A stretch of DNA of 61,941 nucleotides, counting the filler, from Vannella sp. (taxonomy: Eukaryota): assembly GCA_023345925.1 (NCBI GenBank). It is 5 parts of 5 records of this genome, joined end to end, with 100 filler letters (N's around TTAATTAATTAA, not from the genome) between each part and the next. Parts side by side here need not be neighbours in the genome. Positions count along the whole stretch, not along the records: positions 1 to 23,704 come from JAJQQN010001453.1; 4 more parts are not named here. The stretch is one strand, 5' to 3'. Shown here piece after piece: positions 11,780 through 23,804 of this stretch. Numbering within the stretch: position 1 is the first letter of the stretch; each line of letters begins with the position of its first letter. The notes beneath the pieces were generated by a model, which worked only from the letters and a program-made list of their open reading frames with translations, had not been told where the DNA came from and did not search any database. The translations under genes were made by a program, and so were the position numbers.

Positions 11780-13798
11780 ATGGACTTGGAGCAACTAAAG
11801 CGAGCGCTGGGCCTAACTTTGGCACAGAAGGTGGAAGTGGACCGTAAAGTGGAGGAGGTCTCCATGCTCCTGGCGCGCCAGCCAGGGCAGCAAGGAACTC
11901 TGTTGGAGGAGCGGCAGGAACTGGAAGTGCAGCAAGCGCACTTGCGAGATCAAGTGGCTTCACTTCGTAACCAACTCTCAAAGCGTGGCTTGACTTCTGC
12001 AGACATTCAAGGAGTCCCTGTTCCCGTCCGTCCAGCAGCTGCGCCCCAGTTTGACTTCCCCTCAGCCCCCCGCCAAGCTCCCTCTCCCTCTGTGGAGCAG
12101 CAACAGAAGCTCATGTCAACCATAGAGCAAGAAAAGTACCACCAGAAGCATATCGAGGAGGTGCAGGCTTGGAACAAGCAGGAGACGCTCCGACAACAGC
12201 AGATTCGTGAGCAGAACTTGAAGCTGGTTCAGATGCAAGAGCAGCTACAACAGATGAAGATAGCTGAAGAGAAGAAGATAGCTGAGCAGCGACAAGAGGT
12301 CCAGCAAGAGAAGCAGGCTCTGCAACAGCGCGAGCTCGACCTAAACGAGCAACAGCAAGCACAGGTGAAGCAGATCGATGGGAAGCTGGCTGAACTTCAA
12401 ATGGAGCGAAGAAGACTTGCAGAACAGCGTCAGGTACTCCCAGAGAGCCAACAGCATCAAATGGACGACCTACAACATCGACGAGAGGTTATCCTCAATG
12501 AAAGGGCCTCATCCTTCCCTTCCTCTCCTCAGACAGCACCAGCTTATGGAACAAGGGCCCCGAATGCCCCTTTAAGCTATGGCTCAGGTATGCCCAGTGC
12601 TCCTGCTGTCAATTATGGATCCCAACAGTTCATTCCTGGTTCTCCAGTGGACCCGCGGACCGCTCAGACCCCATCGTATGGTACGCACGGTACTTTTACC
12701 CCGCCTGTTAGTAGACAACATGGAGAGCCGCCGGCATATAGCCAGGTGGAAGCACCAGAGATCGCCTTGTGGAGACAGGAGCAGAATGCATTGGAAGATT
12801 GGCAGCGTTACAGCTCTACAGTGGAGCAAAGTCACCAACAGAAACTACAGGAAGAGGAGCAGTCTTACATGCAAACACTTAAGCAAAGGGAGGACGCAAT
12901 GCGCTCCCAATGGATGGCTGAACTTACCCAGCAGCAACTGGACCGTGAAAGGGAACGTGCCGAAGTCCACCAACGTTTAACGGACGAGGCTTTATGCCGT
13001 ATGAGCGAAGCAGAGCTCCGAATGTGGATGGACAACGAACACAAACTTGAATTTGTGGATGAGATTCTCGCACGCCGTCAAAGGCTCCTCGATGAACAGT
13101 CTTGGATCATGCAGAATGATCTAGAGAACAAGCACATGGCTCTTTCCTTCCGAGAAGATGACGTGCGCCAAAGGGAGTGGGAAATTCAACAAGAAAGGGA
13201 GGCTCTTCAACGGGCATTGGCTCGTGTATTCTGTATTGTGATTGAAACCACCAATCCAGAAGGCAAACTAACGGGCAAAACCTTCCAAATGCAAGTCCGG
13301 GCTGGAGATACCATCTACCGCATTTGTGAGCGAATTCCGCACGACAAAGACTTGTTTTGTGTCAGATTGGAGTACCAGGGATACCTCTTTGAAGAGCTTG
13401 ACCGGAATCTGCTGGAACTACAGATTCCGGACAACGCTTTCATGATCAGCCGTCTGATGCCAAAGGCAGATATTGACGTTCTCAACCTAATTCCCTGCGA
13501 GGATTGCGGGAAGCGATTTGATGCAGAAGTCTTTGGCGCACACAAATGCATGAAACAGTTCTCTCAAGAACTTCCCTCGGACCGCAAGAAGGCAGCCGCT
13601 GCATCAGCCAGAACACAACCGCCTCGCCAGATTGTTCGAACTGTAGTGCGAACCACACCCGCACCTCGCCGAACAGAAGTCATCCCCTGTGAACATTGCC
13701 AAGGGCTTTTCCCTCCCGACCGCTTCAGTGCTCACGAACGGAGCTGCTCGTCACGCCGTGAGACAGCTCCAAGAGTAACTCATTATCGATACTATTAG
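11780..13798 (+). CDS. Gln/Glu-rich coiled-coil protein with a ubiquitin-like domain and two C2HC zinc fingers
   Basis: Long intronless ORF. GKTFQMQVRAGDTIYRICERI..NLLELQI is Ubl-like; fingers are IPCEDCGKRF..HKC and IPCEHCQGLF..HERSC. Confidence 0.75.
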   Translation: MDLEQLKRALGLTLAQKVEVDRKVEEVSMLLARQPGQQGTLLEERQELEVQQAHLRDQVASLRNQLSKRGLTSADIQGVPVPVRPAAAPQFDFPSAPRQAPSPSVEQQQKLMSTIEQEKYHQKHIEEVQAWNKQETLRQQQIREQNLKLVQMQEQLQQMKIAEEKKIAEQRQEVQQEKQALQQRELDLNEQQQAQVKQIDGKLAELQMERRRLAEQRQVLPESQQHQMDDLQHRREVILNERASSFPSSPQTAPAYGTRAPNAPLSYGSGMPSAPAVNYGSQQFIPGSPVDPRTAQTPSYGTHGTFTPPVSRQHGEPPAYSQVEAPEIALWRQEQNALEDWQRYSSTVEQSHQQKLQEEEQSYMQTLKQREDAMRSQWMAELTQQQLDRERERAEVHQRLTDEALCRMSEAELRMWMDNEHKLEFVDEILARRQRLLDEQSWIMQNDLENKHMALSFREDDVRQREWEIQQEREALQRALARVFCIVIETTNPEGKLTGKTFQMQVRAGDTIYRICERIPHDKDLFCVRLEYQGYLFEELDRNLLELQIPDNAFMISRLMPKADIDVLNLIPCEDCGKRFDAEVFGAHKCMKQFSQELPSDRKKAAAASARTQPPRQIVRTVVRTTPAPRRTEVIPCEHCQGLFPPDRFSAHERSCSSRRETAPRVTHYRYY

Positions 13799-13857
13799 AA
13801 GGCTTGGCCGATACTAAAAGAGGTTTCAGGAATGGTTGTATGAAACAATGTGTGTTC

Positions 13858-16800
13858 TCAGACGATGTCAGCTCGAGTAGCGCCGCGAGCCTCCAAGCGA
13901 AGAGAGCGATCGTAAATTTCCTTCTCCGAGTAGCGCTCGATGCCGTCAAGGTACCGCTGAATGCTGTCGACCTCTTCCAAGTTATAGAGAACGCTTTGAT
14001 AGGTCTGGATTCGCGTGACAACGTTGTAGACGTACTTATGCTTGAGGAAGTGGATGCGATCGCCGATTTTGTCTTTGTTACCCTCTTCAATAAAGATAAG
14101 GTCTGTCAAGTAAGCACCCCTTGCCCAAAAGAGGTAAGTATCAAGGCAGCTCTGAGTCTGAGTATCCCAATACATACAAGAAAGGAATACAAGGAGGTGG
14201 GGAGCTGGCAAGAGCTTCACGAAGGTTCTTGAAGGCACTTTGCATGGAGACAATCGCCTCAAGCTCCTCCAAGATCTGCTTGTGCCTGCGCGAGAGACGA
14301 GCTATTGTGAACTTCAGACGGTCAACCGCACAATTGCTTATTGCAGAGACAAATGCGGAGACCAGATGGAAGTTATGAAGCTCTCTAAGTCCCTGGAAAC
14401 AATGTTAGGGTCCAAAGAAGCACCTTTGAATACGCACCGCTGCAATGTCAATAATTCGTTGCATCATCTTGGTTCTTGCTCGCACGTTATCGACGGAGAC
14501 AATTAGACTGGCAACCATGGTGCTGACACTGTTGTAGTGATCGATCATGGCCAAGACATTGGGGGCCAGGTGGTGGTACTTTGCCTTACTCCAAGCAGTC
14601 TTGAAGAACTCAGTTGGACGAATTTGGGTGTAAATCGCAAAAGTTTGCAAAGTGAGCTGGCGAGCGACTTCGATTTCCTCCAAATCCTCCATACTGAGAG
14701 TATCTTTGATGTTCTTTGGAAGGAATGGCGTTGGCGGCTTTGCAGTTACAGCAGGAGCCTCAGCCGCTTTGGGATTGTCCAGACGGTCATTGATCGCACT
14801 AACCATAATACCGAAACTCTTTTCTGTGACCTCCTCTTTGAGGAACTGTTTGATGGTCTGGCGCGTCTTCTCATGGAGTTCTGCGCCCGCTTTTTGGACC
14901 CAATTCTTGATGAAGATGCACACACGAGCTTGGATCTTGTTCTTTGTGGCTGAGTTCTCCGTGTTTGGTACTCGGAAGCGCTCCGTGAGCTTCTGCCAAA
15001 GGCGTTCTTCGGTTGTGAAGGCGCGGAACATCATAATAAATACATTGACAAAGTCAAGATCTATCTTCTCTTGAGGAACAGTCCCATTTCAAGTGCAGTC
15101 ACTTACCATACTCATCCGCGGAGGTTACGCGCTCAACCAGTTTGTTCAGAGTAGCTGTCTCGATATTCTGGATGGCCTTTTCCTTTCCTTCATCAAAGGT
15201 AATGTTATCAGGACAGTCTGGCTTCTCCTCCCAGATGTTGCACTCCTCAGCCTCCTCTGTGTCATCTTCCACAGTTCCCTTTGTCGTAAAGCGCAAGCTA
15301 CACTGTAATTCAGTTAGTATTAGCTAAGCGCTGGTATGATTGGTCAACTCACATTCTCAGAGAAAGAGTAATCCTTCATCCGCTTTGTCTCTTCAAGGGT
15401 AATTGGCGCTTGGAGATCAGGGGACTCCAGTACTAAGGAGAACTTCTCGGGGTCAAAGGTGCGGCCCACGTGCGAAGAAATCTGAGTGAATACGACACTG
15501 ACGAGCATGCTTGGATCAAACTCCAAAAGTTGCCACGTGTCAGACCCGAGAATGACCCGCATACGAAGAGGGCGCTCTCCAACAGTAAGTAATTGGCGAT
15601 TCTTAGCAGCGGAGAGTGGGGTACGCGTAAGAATCTGCGCTGCAAGGACTTCTCCATTGAGTATGAAGCAGTAGTCAGCAGTAGGGAGCGGGGGTCCTGC
15701 TTTGAGAGCAAGAGCAAGGGCTTGTTCAACAGTCGAGGTTGGGTCCAGAGCCAGCGAGATCTTTCGACCACCACTAAGGAAGGTAATCGTTGTCTCCCAA
15801 GGAGTCATGCGGAACTCAACTACGCTCATCTGCTCTGGTGTTAATCCGCAGTCAGCAAAGTTATCGGATTCCTTCAGCCACTGTTCTGGCACGTCCCCAC
15901 TGGGAGGTGAGTAGATGCCATAGGCTTTAGGATCCTCTAGCGAGAACTGCTTGATCACCGCCTGCTTGATATCTCCCACAGTCGTGTCAGGTGTCAGAGT
16001 GATCTCATATTGAGTAGAAACGCGGTCCGTGATCACCTCCAGTGACAAGGTCCCATCACCGCTAATCTTCTTAATGATAGAAGATCTCTGGAAGCGGCAG
16101 CGCATGTCCTCGTAGTCGTTCTTCGTCTCCTCTTCAAAGAGCTCACGTTCCATCTGAATCATCGCTGTGGATTCCTTGTCAGACTTGAGCTGGTCGAGGA
16201 TGCTTTGGAAGCCCATTCGCATGAATTCTGTGCGGATCTTGAAGCGCGCCTCCAAACTGTCAATAGAATCAATCAGTTGGTTGATAAGCGCAAGGCAAGT
16301 GGCTTTGGTCTCCAAAGGAGTCTGAGAATCTTCCAAGCATTGTACTAAAGAGAGGAAAGGCACCTCTTCGTCCTTGCTGATCAAATTGATGGCTCCGAAC
16401 ACCAATTGTGGGCCAATATGGACCTCTTTGGAGCAAATATCCTCCAACAGTGATACACTGAGATACCTGTTGGGCATGTTATCCTGTCCCAATGGCGAGG
16501 CAATCGCTGCAACAGCTCCAGAAGTTGTTAGAACAGACTTCAAGCTCACGTTCAACAAGATCTTGAAGATCTCCAAGTAGTTCTTGATGAACTCGTGGTC
16601 TCGAGAGGACATCCTGTGCCTCTTGTCAGCTATCAAAGGCGATAGGAGCGAAATGGGCTTACTTTGTCTTCTGTCCGCTGCTGTTGAAGCACTGAGTGAG
16701 GGCTACAATCCCTCCTGCTTCAACGAACTTGAGGAGCCACCCCGTCTTGTCGTCCTTGAGAGAAGCTTTCATGCGAGTCATGATGTTGCGGTTCGCTTTG

Positions 16801-18537
16801 TTCTCCTTCAGAGCCTGAACGACCTCTACCACCGACTTCTGGCTGGTCGAGCGTCGGTTGCGGTTCATCGTATTCTTGTTGGCCTTTTGCTCTTTCTGTG
16901 AACCTGTCAGCCACGCCCCGCTCGCTCTGTTGGACTTACGATAAGAGTAAGTGTACTCCGTTGGTATTGGCCCAAGAGGTCCCACTTCTCGTTGTCAGGA
17001 AGCTTCTTGAGCGCCTCTCGCTTCTTCTTTGAGAAGTCTTCCTCCTCCTACGGAAGGTCAACTCCCAGCGTTACCAGAGAAACATGACGTACGAGAAGCG
17101 AGTCAAAGGATGACTTGAAGGTGGAGAAGCTAGGCACGGCCTCGGCTTCTTTAGCCGTTGCCTTCTTCTTCTTGACGTTGTCCACCGCCTCTGAAATGGC
17201 AGCATTCGTATCCGCAGCTGTTCAGAGAGAGTGAGAAGGAAGGCCTCTATAATCCAGATGAACTGACCAGCAACCTTGGATCCCCCAAAGGAGGAACTTC
17301 GCATCATCGCCATCGAAGTGGTTCCTCCAGTAGTAGCCGTCATTCCATGGCGCATAGACTTGCGCTTGAAGCTATTGAACCGCTTGTCGTCCTCTGAAAT
17401 GACCTCTCCCACCTCCCGATGGACAAGGGCCAGCGCGCCTTGTGTGGCGATGATGTCAAGGGTGCGAGCGTCCAAAGGATTGGGCGCCAGGGAGAGACGG
17501 AGGAGGTTAGTCATGCTGGATATACAAGCAGGGAGCACGGAGATGTTGTTGTTGTGAAGGATGAGGGTGACCAGACGCTTCAAGTCCGAAATCTCCTCAG
17601 GAAGAGAGGAGAGCTGGTTGAACTCCAGATAGATCTTGCTGAGGTTCACGCACTTGGCGATCTCTTTGGGAATCTCCTTGATCTGGTTCTCCTTCAAGTG
17701 GAGCTCGCTCAAGCTCAACATCGTCTCGATGGCGCCGGGGATGACCGTGATTTGGTTGTCGTTGAGCTTGAGGATGACGAGACTCTCTAGAGAGCACAGG
17801 GCGGCTGACATCTCAGTGATGAGGTTGTGCTGGGCTTCAAGAGTCGCTAACAAGCGAAGTCCACAGATTTCAGTAGGGAGCGAGGTCAGGCGGTTCTCGG
17901 AGACATCGAGGTGCACGAGTGAGTGGAGCTTGCCAATGGAAGGGGGAATAGCGGTGAGCTGGTTCCCACAAAGGTGCAACTCCCGCAAACTCGACAAGCA
18001 CAAGTCCGAGGAGGGAAGGCTGGTGAGCTTGTTCTCGTTCAAGTTGAGAATACGGAGGCTATGGAAGGATCCAACCTGACGTGGGAACTCCGCAAACTCG
18101 TTCTTCTCGAGAATGAGAGCAGTCAAGGCGGCGAAATGGCCGTCAGGGATGTTGGGGATTGCCTGCAGTTGGTTCATTCCAAGGCTCAGTGTGCTTAATG
18201 CTGGTGCCTTTCCTAACTCCAGAGGGAACTTGTGGAAGGCGTTACCAGCCAAGTCCAGCTCTTCCAACAGCGGCAGTTGAGCTAACTCGACAGGAACAGC
18301 TGTGAGCTTGTTTGTAGAGAGCCGAAGTACTTCCAATCCACGGAGGCAAGAGATAGTCGCAGGAACAGCCTTAAGTTTGCACTTAACCTCCAACACCTGC
18401 AGACGAGGCAACTCCTCGTTCAGCTTCTTCACAAGTGCAGGCGCTTCCTTGTTCTTTACTTTCTGGTCCTCCAACGCAAAGTCCGTTCCATCCTTCTCCT
18501 TGGCCTCGCTAATGGCCTGCGAGTAAGATGACCCCAT
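13858..18537 (-). CDS. Multi-exon LRR + GBD/FH3 + ubiquitin-like repeats + REM/CDC25 Ras guanine-nucleotide exchange factor
   Basis: More than 10 LxxLxLxxN repeats; WLLKFVEAGGI and CLALINQLI..RFKIRTEF (GBD/FH3); ATLNKLVERVT and FRAFTT (REM); [30 protein letters not shown] (CDC25). Exons linked by GT-AG introns. Confidence 0.85.
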
Positions 18538-18663
18538 GGAAGGAGGGTGGCCAAGGAATGAAACTAAAGCGTCCAATTCAATTGAATTTAGATTTCGCTC
18601 TCATTTGGGTGCTGAGCCAGACTTGTTGATTATTCATACTTTCCCTTCCCCTGGCTGAAGGAC

Positions 18664-19977
18664 ATGGCTGGAGCCGCACAGAGACAACTTTCCAATGCTT
18701 TGAAACGTATGTTGTTCATGGGAGAGCGATGCCAGACTGACGTAGTGGCGTAGAGTTGCATAAAGAGCCAATCGAGGGCTTCTGTGCTGAGTTGACGGAG
18801 GAGGAGGATCTTTTCTCTTGGCGAATATACTTGGAAGGGCCGTCAGACTCACCATAGTATGTGAGCTTGATCGACACACACCTTGCGACTGACAATCAAA
18901 TAGTGAGGGCGGAGTCTTTCAAGCCCTGATGAAGTTCCCTTCCGAGTACCCAATGTTGCCGCCCTCCTTGCAGTTCACATCGTCCTTCTGGCATCCCAAT
19001 GGTACGATCGAGATTCACTCCGAGGGCACATTAGCTAACTGGGAATGCCCCTCCAGTGTATCCAGATGGTCGTGTCTGCATATCCATTCTGCATCCTCCT
19101 GGGGAGGATGCCATGAGCGGGGAACTTCCTGAAGAAAGATGGCTGCCGACTCAAACCGTGGGAACGATCCTCTTGTCTGTCATTAGCATGCTCAATGACC
19201 CCAACACTAGCTCCCCTGCCAATGTCGATGCTTCGGTGGGTTCATGGGAGGGCGCTCTATTCATCTAGCTGACTTGGAGTAGGTGATGTGGAGTAAAGAC
19301 CGCCCCGCCTATCTCAAAAAGTGCCGCGATCTGGTAAAGAAGGCGAACCAAGAGCTCCCAGAAGGAGTGGAGATTCCCCACCCTGAGACAGATCCCCAGC
19401 AGAAGAGAGAGCAGGTAAATGAAGTTCTCTGGCGTCTATTACCTTATCTTACCTTGTACAGTTGGCGAAGCGGAGGCAAGAAGAGGCTCCGATGGATCTG
19501 TTCGAGGACGACTCGGACTCGGACGAGTTCTTTCCAGATTCGCAGGAAGATGATGATGATTCCGTTATCTCTGCCTTTTATGAGTCAGATGACAGTGCTG
19601 TGGAGAGTTTACCACCCACAGTGGACGACGAAGATCCACCCGGCCTCCCTTCTCCTGCCAAACCTGAAGAAGAGCCGATCCAACCTTCCCTTCACCCCCT
19701 TCCTGATTCGTCCAAGCCCTCTGCACTACCAAACAAAAGCGAGAGCCCTCCTCCATCCAAGGATGTCTCAGTGGAGGAGCCTAATCCCCTCCCAGAAGCC
19801 CATTCAGAGCCAACACCAACGCCACCACCTTCATCAGCTGTCCCTTCGCCCTCCCCTTCATCAGTAGCCCCCTCGCAGCCAACACCAACGCAACCACCTT
19901 CACCAGCAGCCCCTTCGCCCTCCCCCGCCGCCGCCATTGGCGCCAGACGAAAGAAAAAGGACTGCACGTTGATGTAA
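18664..19977 (+). CDS. CDC34: Ubiquitin-conjugating enzyme E2, Cdc34/UBE2R type, with acidic/Pro tail and CaaX box
   Basis: Spliced [51 protein letters not shown] (acidic-loop insertion), then EIPHP and an acidic tail. Ends [10 protein letters not shown]. Confidence 0.88.
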
Positions 19978-20056
19978 CAGGCTCCCAAACGTGCTTTTGT
20001 TGGGTTCCACTCAAGTCTGGTCCACTCCGGTCTCCATTTGAGCTCGTGGGTTTGCG

Positions 20057-20689
20057 ATGACACATCGGAAGGATGCCTCTCCCTTGGAACCTGTGTACAA
20101 GGTCGTTCTGGTGGGGACTGGGAGAGTGGGGAAGACGAGCCTTCTGTTGCGCTTCGTCGAAAACACTTTCTCGTCGATTGTGGATGCCAGGGGAGTGGAC
20201 TTTGAGGTGAAGCCGCTCTCCCTTCCTGGTGGGAAGCGAGTAAAGCTTCAGGTGTGGGACACCGTGGGGCAGATGGGCGCTCGAAGGCACACGTTCACTT
20301 CGTCGTGTTTGCGCGGTGCTCACGCTATCCTCCTTCTGTACGACCCGGCCAACCTCGTCTCTGTGGAAGCTCTACCGGGATGGATCGCAGAGATATCGTC
20401 TACAACCGATGCTGCTGCTTGGTTCCTTGTGGGGACCAAGAAGGATCTTCCAGACGAAGAACGGCTCGTCTCTGCTGAGAGGAGCTCAGAACTGAGTCTT
20501 CAACTCGAAATACCTCACATTGACGTCTCCTCGAAGACAGGAGAGAACGTACAGGTGCTCTTCTCCCGCTTAGCAGCGATCATTGATGAACACGTGGGAT
20601 CTCAGCAGTCGCCCCCCTCCACGCCTTGTGTACAGATCACCAAGAACACGAAGCACATGGCAGTACCATCGCGCTGTGGCCTCAGCTAA
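20057..20689 (+). CDS. Divergent Rab-family small GTPase
   Basis: GTGRVGKTS, GVDF, VKLQVWDTVGQ, GTKKD, SSKTGENV; ends CGLS. Confidence 0.85.
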   Translation: MTHRKDASPLEPVYKVVLVGTGRVGKTSLLLRFVENTFSSIVDARGVDFEVKPLSLPGGKRVKLQVWDTVGQMGARRHTFTSSCLRGAHAILLLYDPANLVSVEALPGWIAEISSTTDAAAWFLVGTKKDLPDEERLVSAERSSELSLQLEIPHIDVSSKTGENVQVLFSRLAAIIDEHVGSQQSPPSTPCVQITKNTKHMAVPSRCGLS

Positions 20690-20708
20690 ACCATTCCTTT
20701 CCTTCGCC

Positions 20709-22082
20709 ATGTGGGCTCGCAACGCTCTCCGCCCGGCTTTCTCTGTTGGGTTCGTCCGCGCTCGTGCTGTGTCATCGGGGGCAGAGCAGTTTAGAAGCAT
20801 CTTGAAGACGCAGATTGAGGAGATCAAGGAGGCTGGAACCTTCAAGAGCGAGCGGGTAATCGTCACGCCCCAGCGTTCTTCGATTGGGGTCGAGGGGAGG
20901 GAAGGAGAGGTCCTCAACTTCTGCGCAAACAACTACCTTGGTCTCTCTGATAATAAGGAAGTGATTCAAGCTGCCAAGGACGCTCTGGACTCCCATGGAG
21001 CCGGACTTTCCTCGGTTCGCTTCATTTGCGGAACTCAGGACATTCATAAGCAGTTAGAGCGCCAGGTGTCCAAGTTCCATGAGAAGGAGGATACTATACT
21101 CTTCCCATCATGCTTTGATGCCAATGCGGGCTTATTTGAAGCTCTTCTAACGAGTGAAGATGCCATCATCTCTGATGAGCTTAACCACGCCTCCCTGATT
21201 GATGGGATTCGCCTCTGCAAGGCTTCTCGATACCGCTACAAGCACATGGATATGGAAGACCTTGCTGTAAGTCCTCTCTCTTTCCATTCTATTGAGATCG
21301 CTGACCTTCCACTTCCTCGTACAGGCCAACCTCCGACAGGCAGAGGATAAGGGAGCTCGCATTCGTATGGTTGTTACAGACGGTGTCTTCTCTATGGATG
21401 GCGACGTCGCCCCGCTGGACAAGATCGTCCAACTCTGCGAGAAATACAAGTAAGGGAGCTGCCTCGCTCGCTTCTGGTTGTCTGATGGAAGTACAGTGCC
21501 ATCTTGATGATCGATGAATGCCACGCGACTGGTTTCATTGGCGATACTGGCAGAGGAACGCCAGAACTGTTCGGGGTGAATGACAAGGTTGACATCATCA
21601 ACAGCACCTTTGGCAAGGCCCTAGGCGGCGCCAGTGGAGGTTATACCACTGCTACAAAGGAGGTTGTAACTCTGTTGAGGCAGAGAGCGCGCCCTTACCT
21701 GTTCTCCAACACAATTGCCCCCGCAGTTGTGGCGGTTTCTTCGAAGGCGATCGAGCTCGTTGACAGTAACCCCGAGCTCCTCAAGAACCTGAAGAGAAAC
21801 ACAAAGCTCTTCCGTTCCCGCATGACAGCAGCAGGCTTCACCATCCGAGGAATGGACCATCCCATCTCTCCCGTCATGGTTAACGATGCCCGTCTGGCCT
21901 CTGAGTTTGCCGATGCTCTTCTCCAACAAGGCATCTATGTCGTTGGATTCAGCTACCCTGTTGTTCCCAAGGGCCTGGCCCGCATCCGAGTTCAATTATC
22001 TGCCAGTCACACGGAAGAGGAGGTCAACCGCGCTGTGGATGCTTTCATCAAGATTGGAAAGGAGAAAAAGGTCATTCCCTAA
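20709..22082 (+). CDS. GCAT: 2-amino-3-ketobutyrate CoA ligase (glycine C-acetyltransferase), mitochondrial
   Basis: [52 protein letters not shown]; Arg-rich presequence; 2 introns. Confidence 0.95.
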
Positions 22083-22180
22083 CTCCCCATCCCCCTCAGG
22101 ACCCCCAAAGACAACCAACTCCAAACAAGATACTTCCCAAAATGCGGTTCCCGTGATAGGATGGGTCGGACACTCTCGGT

Positions 22181-23541
22181 TTATAGGTTAGCCGTTACTG
22201 CTGGTGCTGAATAGTAGTGAGCGCGAGAGGAACGGTACCCAGAGGGTAAAGTGGCGCAAGGGTGGAGGATTTCAGGGGAGTGAGAAGGAAGTCCGGTGAG
22301 TGGGAGTTCTTCCAGGCATGAGAGACAGGGAATGGCTAAGTCAGCTGCCTGGCTCAGTCGATCCGCCCAGAAAGTCCTTTCAAGTGTACCAGGCTCAGAA
22401 GAGACACAAAAGTAGTTACCCCAAACACTGTGACCTTGTTCAAAGGAGGAAAGAAGCGGGTCTGCGTGTTCCAGTTCCTCAATGATAGCTATGGTAGACC
22501 ATCCCATGGCCCTAACAGGTGATTAGAACGGGAAGGTAGTCCCTAGAAAGAAGTGTCTTACAATTTACAGTCAAGGCAGTCCCCTTGGATATGGTCCCCG
22601 ACGTAGCAGGCCCTCAACTCTTCATCAGATTCCAGTGTAGAACGCATGTAAGCTGCCAATTCATGTGCATTTCCACGTTCGTAGAATTTGGTTTGGGAAG
22701 GATCTATCAATGCCCTCTCAGCTGTGGCCTCGTACTCTCCTGAAGCCTCATTCATCGCAAATGGTACAAAGGAAGCTGGATCATCAACATTCTTCCAAAA
22801 GCTAGGCTTCCGACCCAGGAAGAGGACCAAATTGAACAGGTCGGCCCAGTTCTCGCCAAGCGAAAAGTCACAAAGAAGTTTCGTGTAAAAAGCGTTACTG
22901 TTAGTCAAAAGAAAGAGACTCATTCCGCTTTCTCGCAAGGTTTGAAGCCACCGAACAACTTCTGGTCGCTTGAAAAGATACTTTGCAGGATAAGAAATGA
23001 TTTCTGGGAAGTAGTAGCCGCCCGGATAGCAGCCAAAGTTATACATGAAGGCGCCCATTATGTCCTCTCTGAGTTTTTTGTAATCCAAAGTCTTGGAAGG
23101 CATCAAGTCTATCAGATTGGCCCAGAGAAGGCCGGCTCCACTCTCAAAATAAGTGTTGAGAGAGAAGAAGCGCTTGTTGTGATCACCTTCAAACTCCACC
23201 GGTGTAGGATAGAGCTTTGCCATATCCTCTTGGGGTACCACTTGATGGCCGAAGGAGGCTTTGATGACTTTGTTATGGCGATCAATCTTCAGTGTGTGGC
23301 CGCTCTCCAGGTCAATGAGAAGACCACGAGAGCATCTCGTTCCATCAAAAGGAACAGAAAGCAGCGCAGTGGAGTATCCACACTGCTCTACAAGGTATCG
23401 AGCAAAGGAGTGATAGATCAGCTCCTCCACTGCAGGAACATTGTACCTCACCAACGTGTGATCCAGATCAAACCCCATCCAATGAAAGCTACCCAACACA
23501 AGGGAGGAATGGGGTTCTCCCAAAGCAGAGCCACGCTCCAT
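22181..23541 (-). CDS. HAD-superfamily 5'-nucleotidase domain protein (NT5DC1-like)
   Basis: GFDLDHTLVRY, LLTNS, RKPSFW, YVGDHIQGD, GWSTIAIIEEL; one intron near 22510-22560. Confidence 0.88.
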
Positions 23542-23704
23542 CGCTGCCAAAAAATGGTCCCATAAAGTCCAAAGAGAACTCTTTCCAGAAATGGGAAGAC
23601 TCTTCTCCGATTGGTTCATAAGCTGATTCGTCCTTTTCAGTTTTGCTAATTCCTGATGAATAGAACGCGTACTTTTGGCCGTCGGAATGCATCATGATAG
23701 GAAC

Positions 23705-23804
23705 NNNNNNNNNNNNNNNNNNNNNNNNNNNNNNNNNNNNNNNNNNNNTTAATTAATTAANNNNNNNNNNNNNNNNNNNNNNNNNNNNNNNNNNNNNNNN
23801 NNNN
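23705..23804. other. Artificial contig linker
   Basis: N44-TTAATTAATTAA-N44, with stops in all six frames. Confidence 0.98.
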
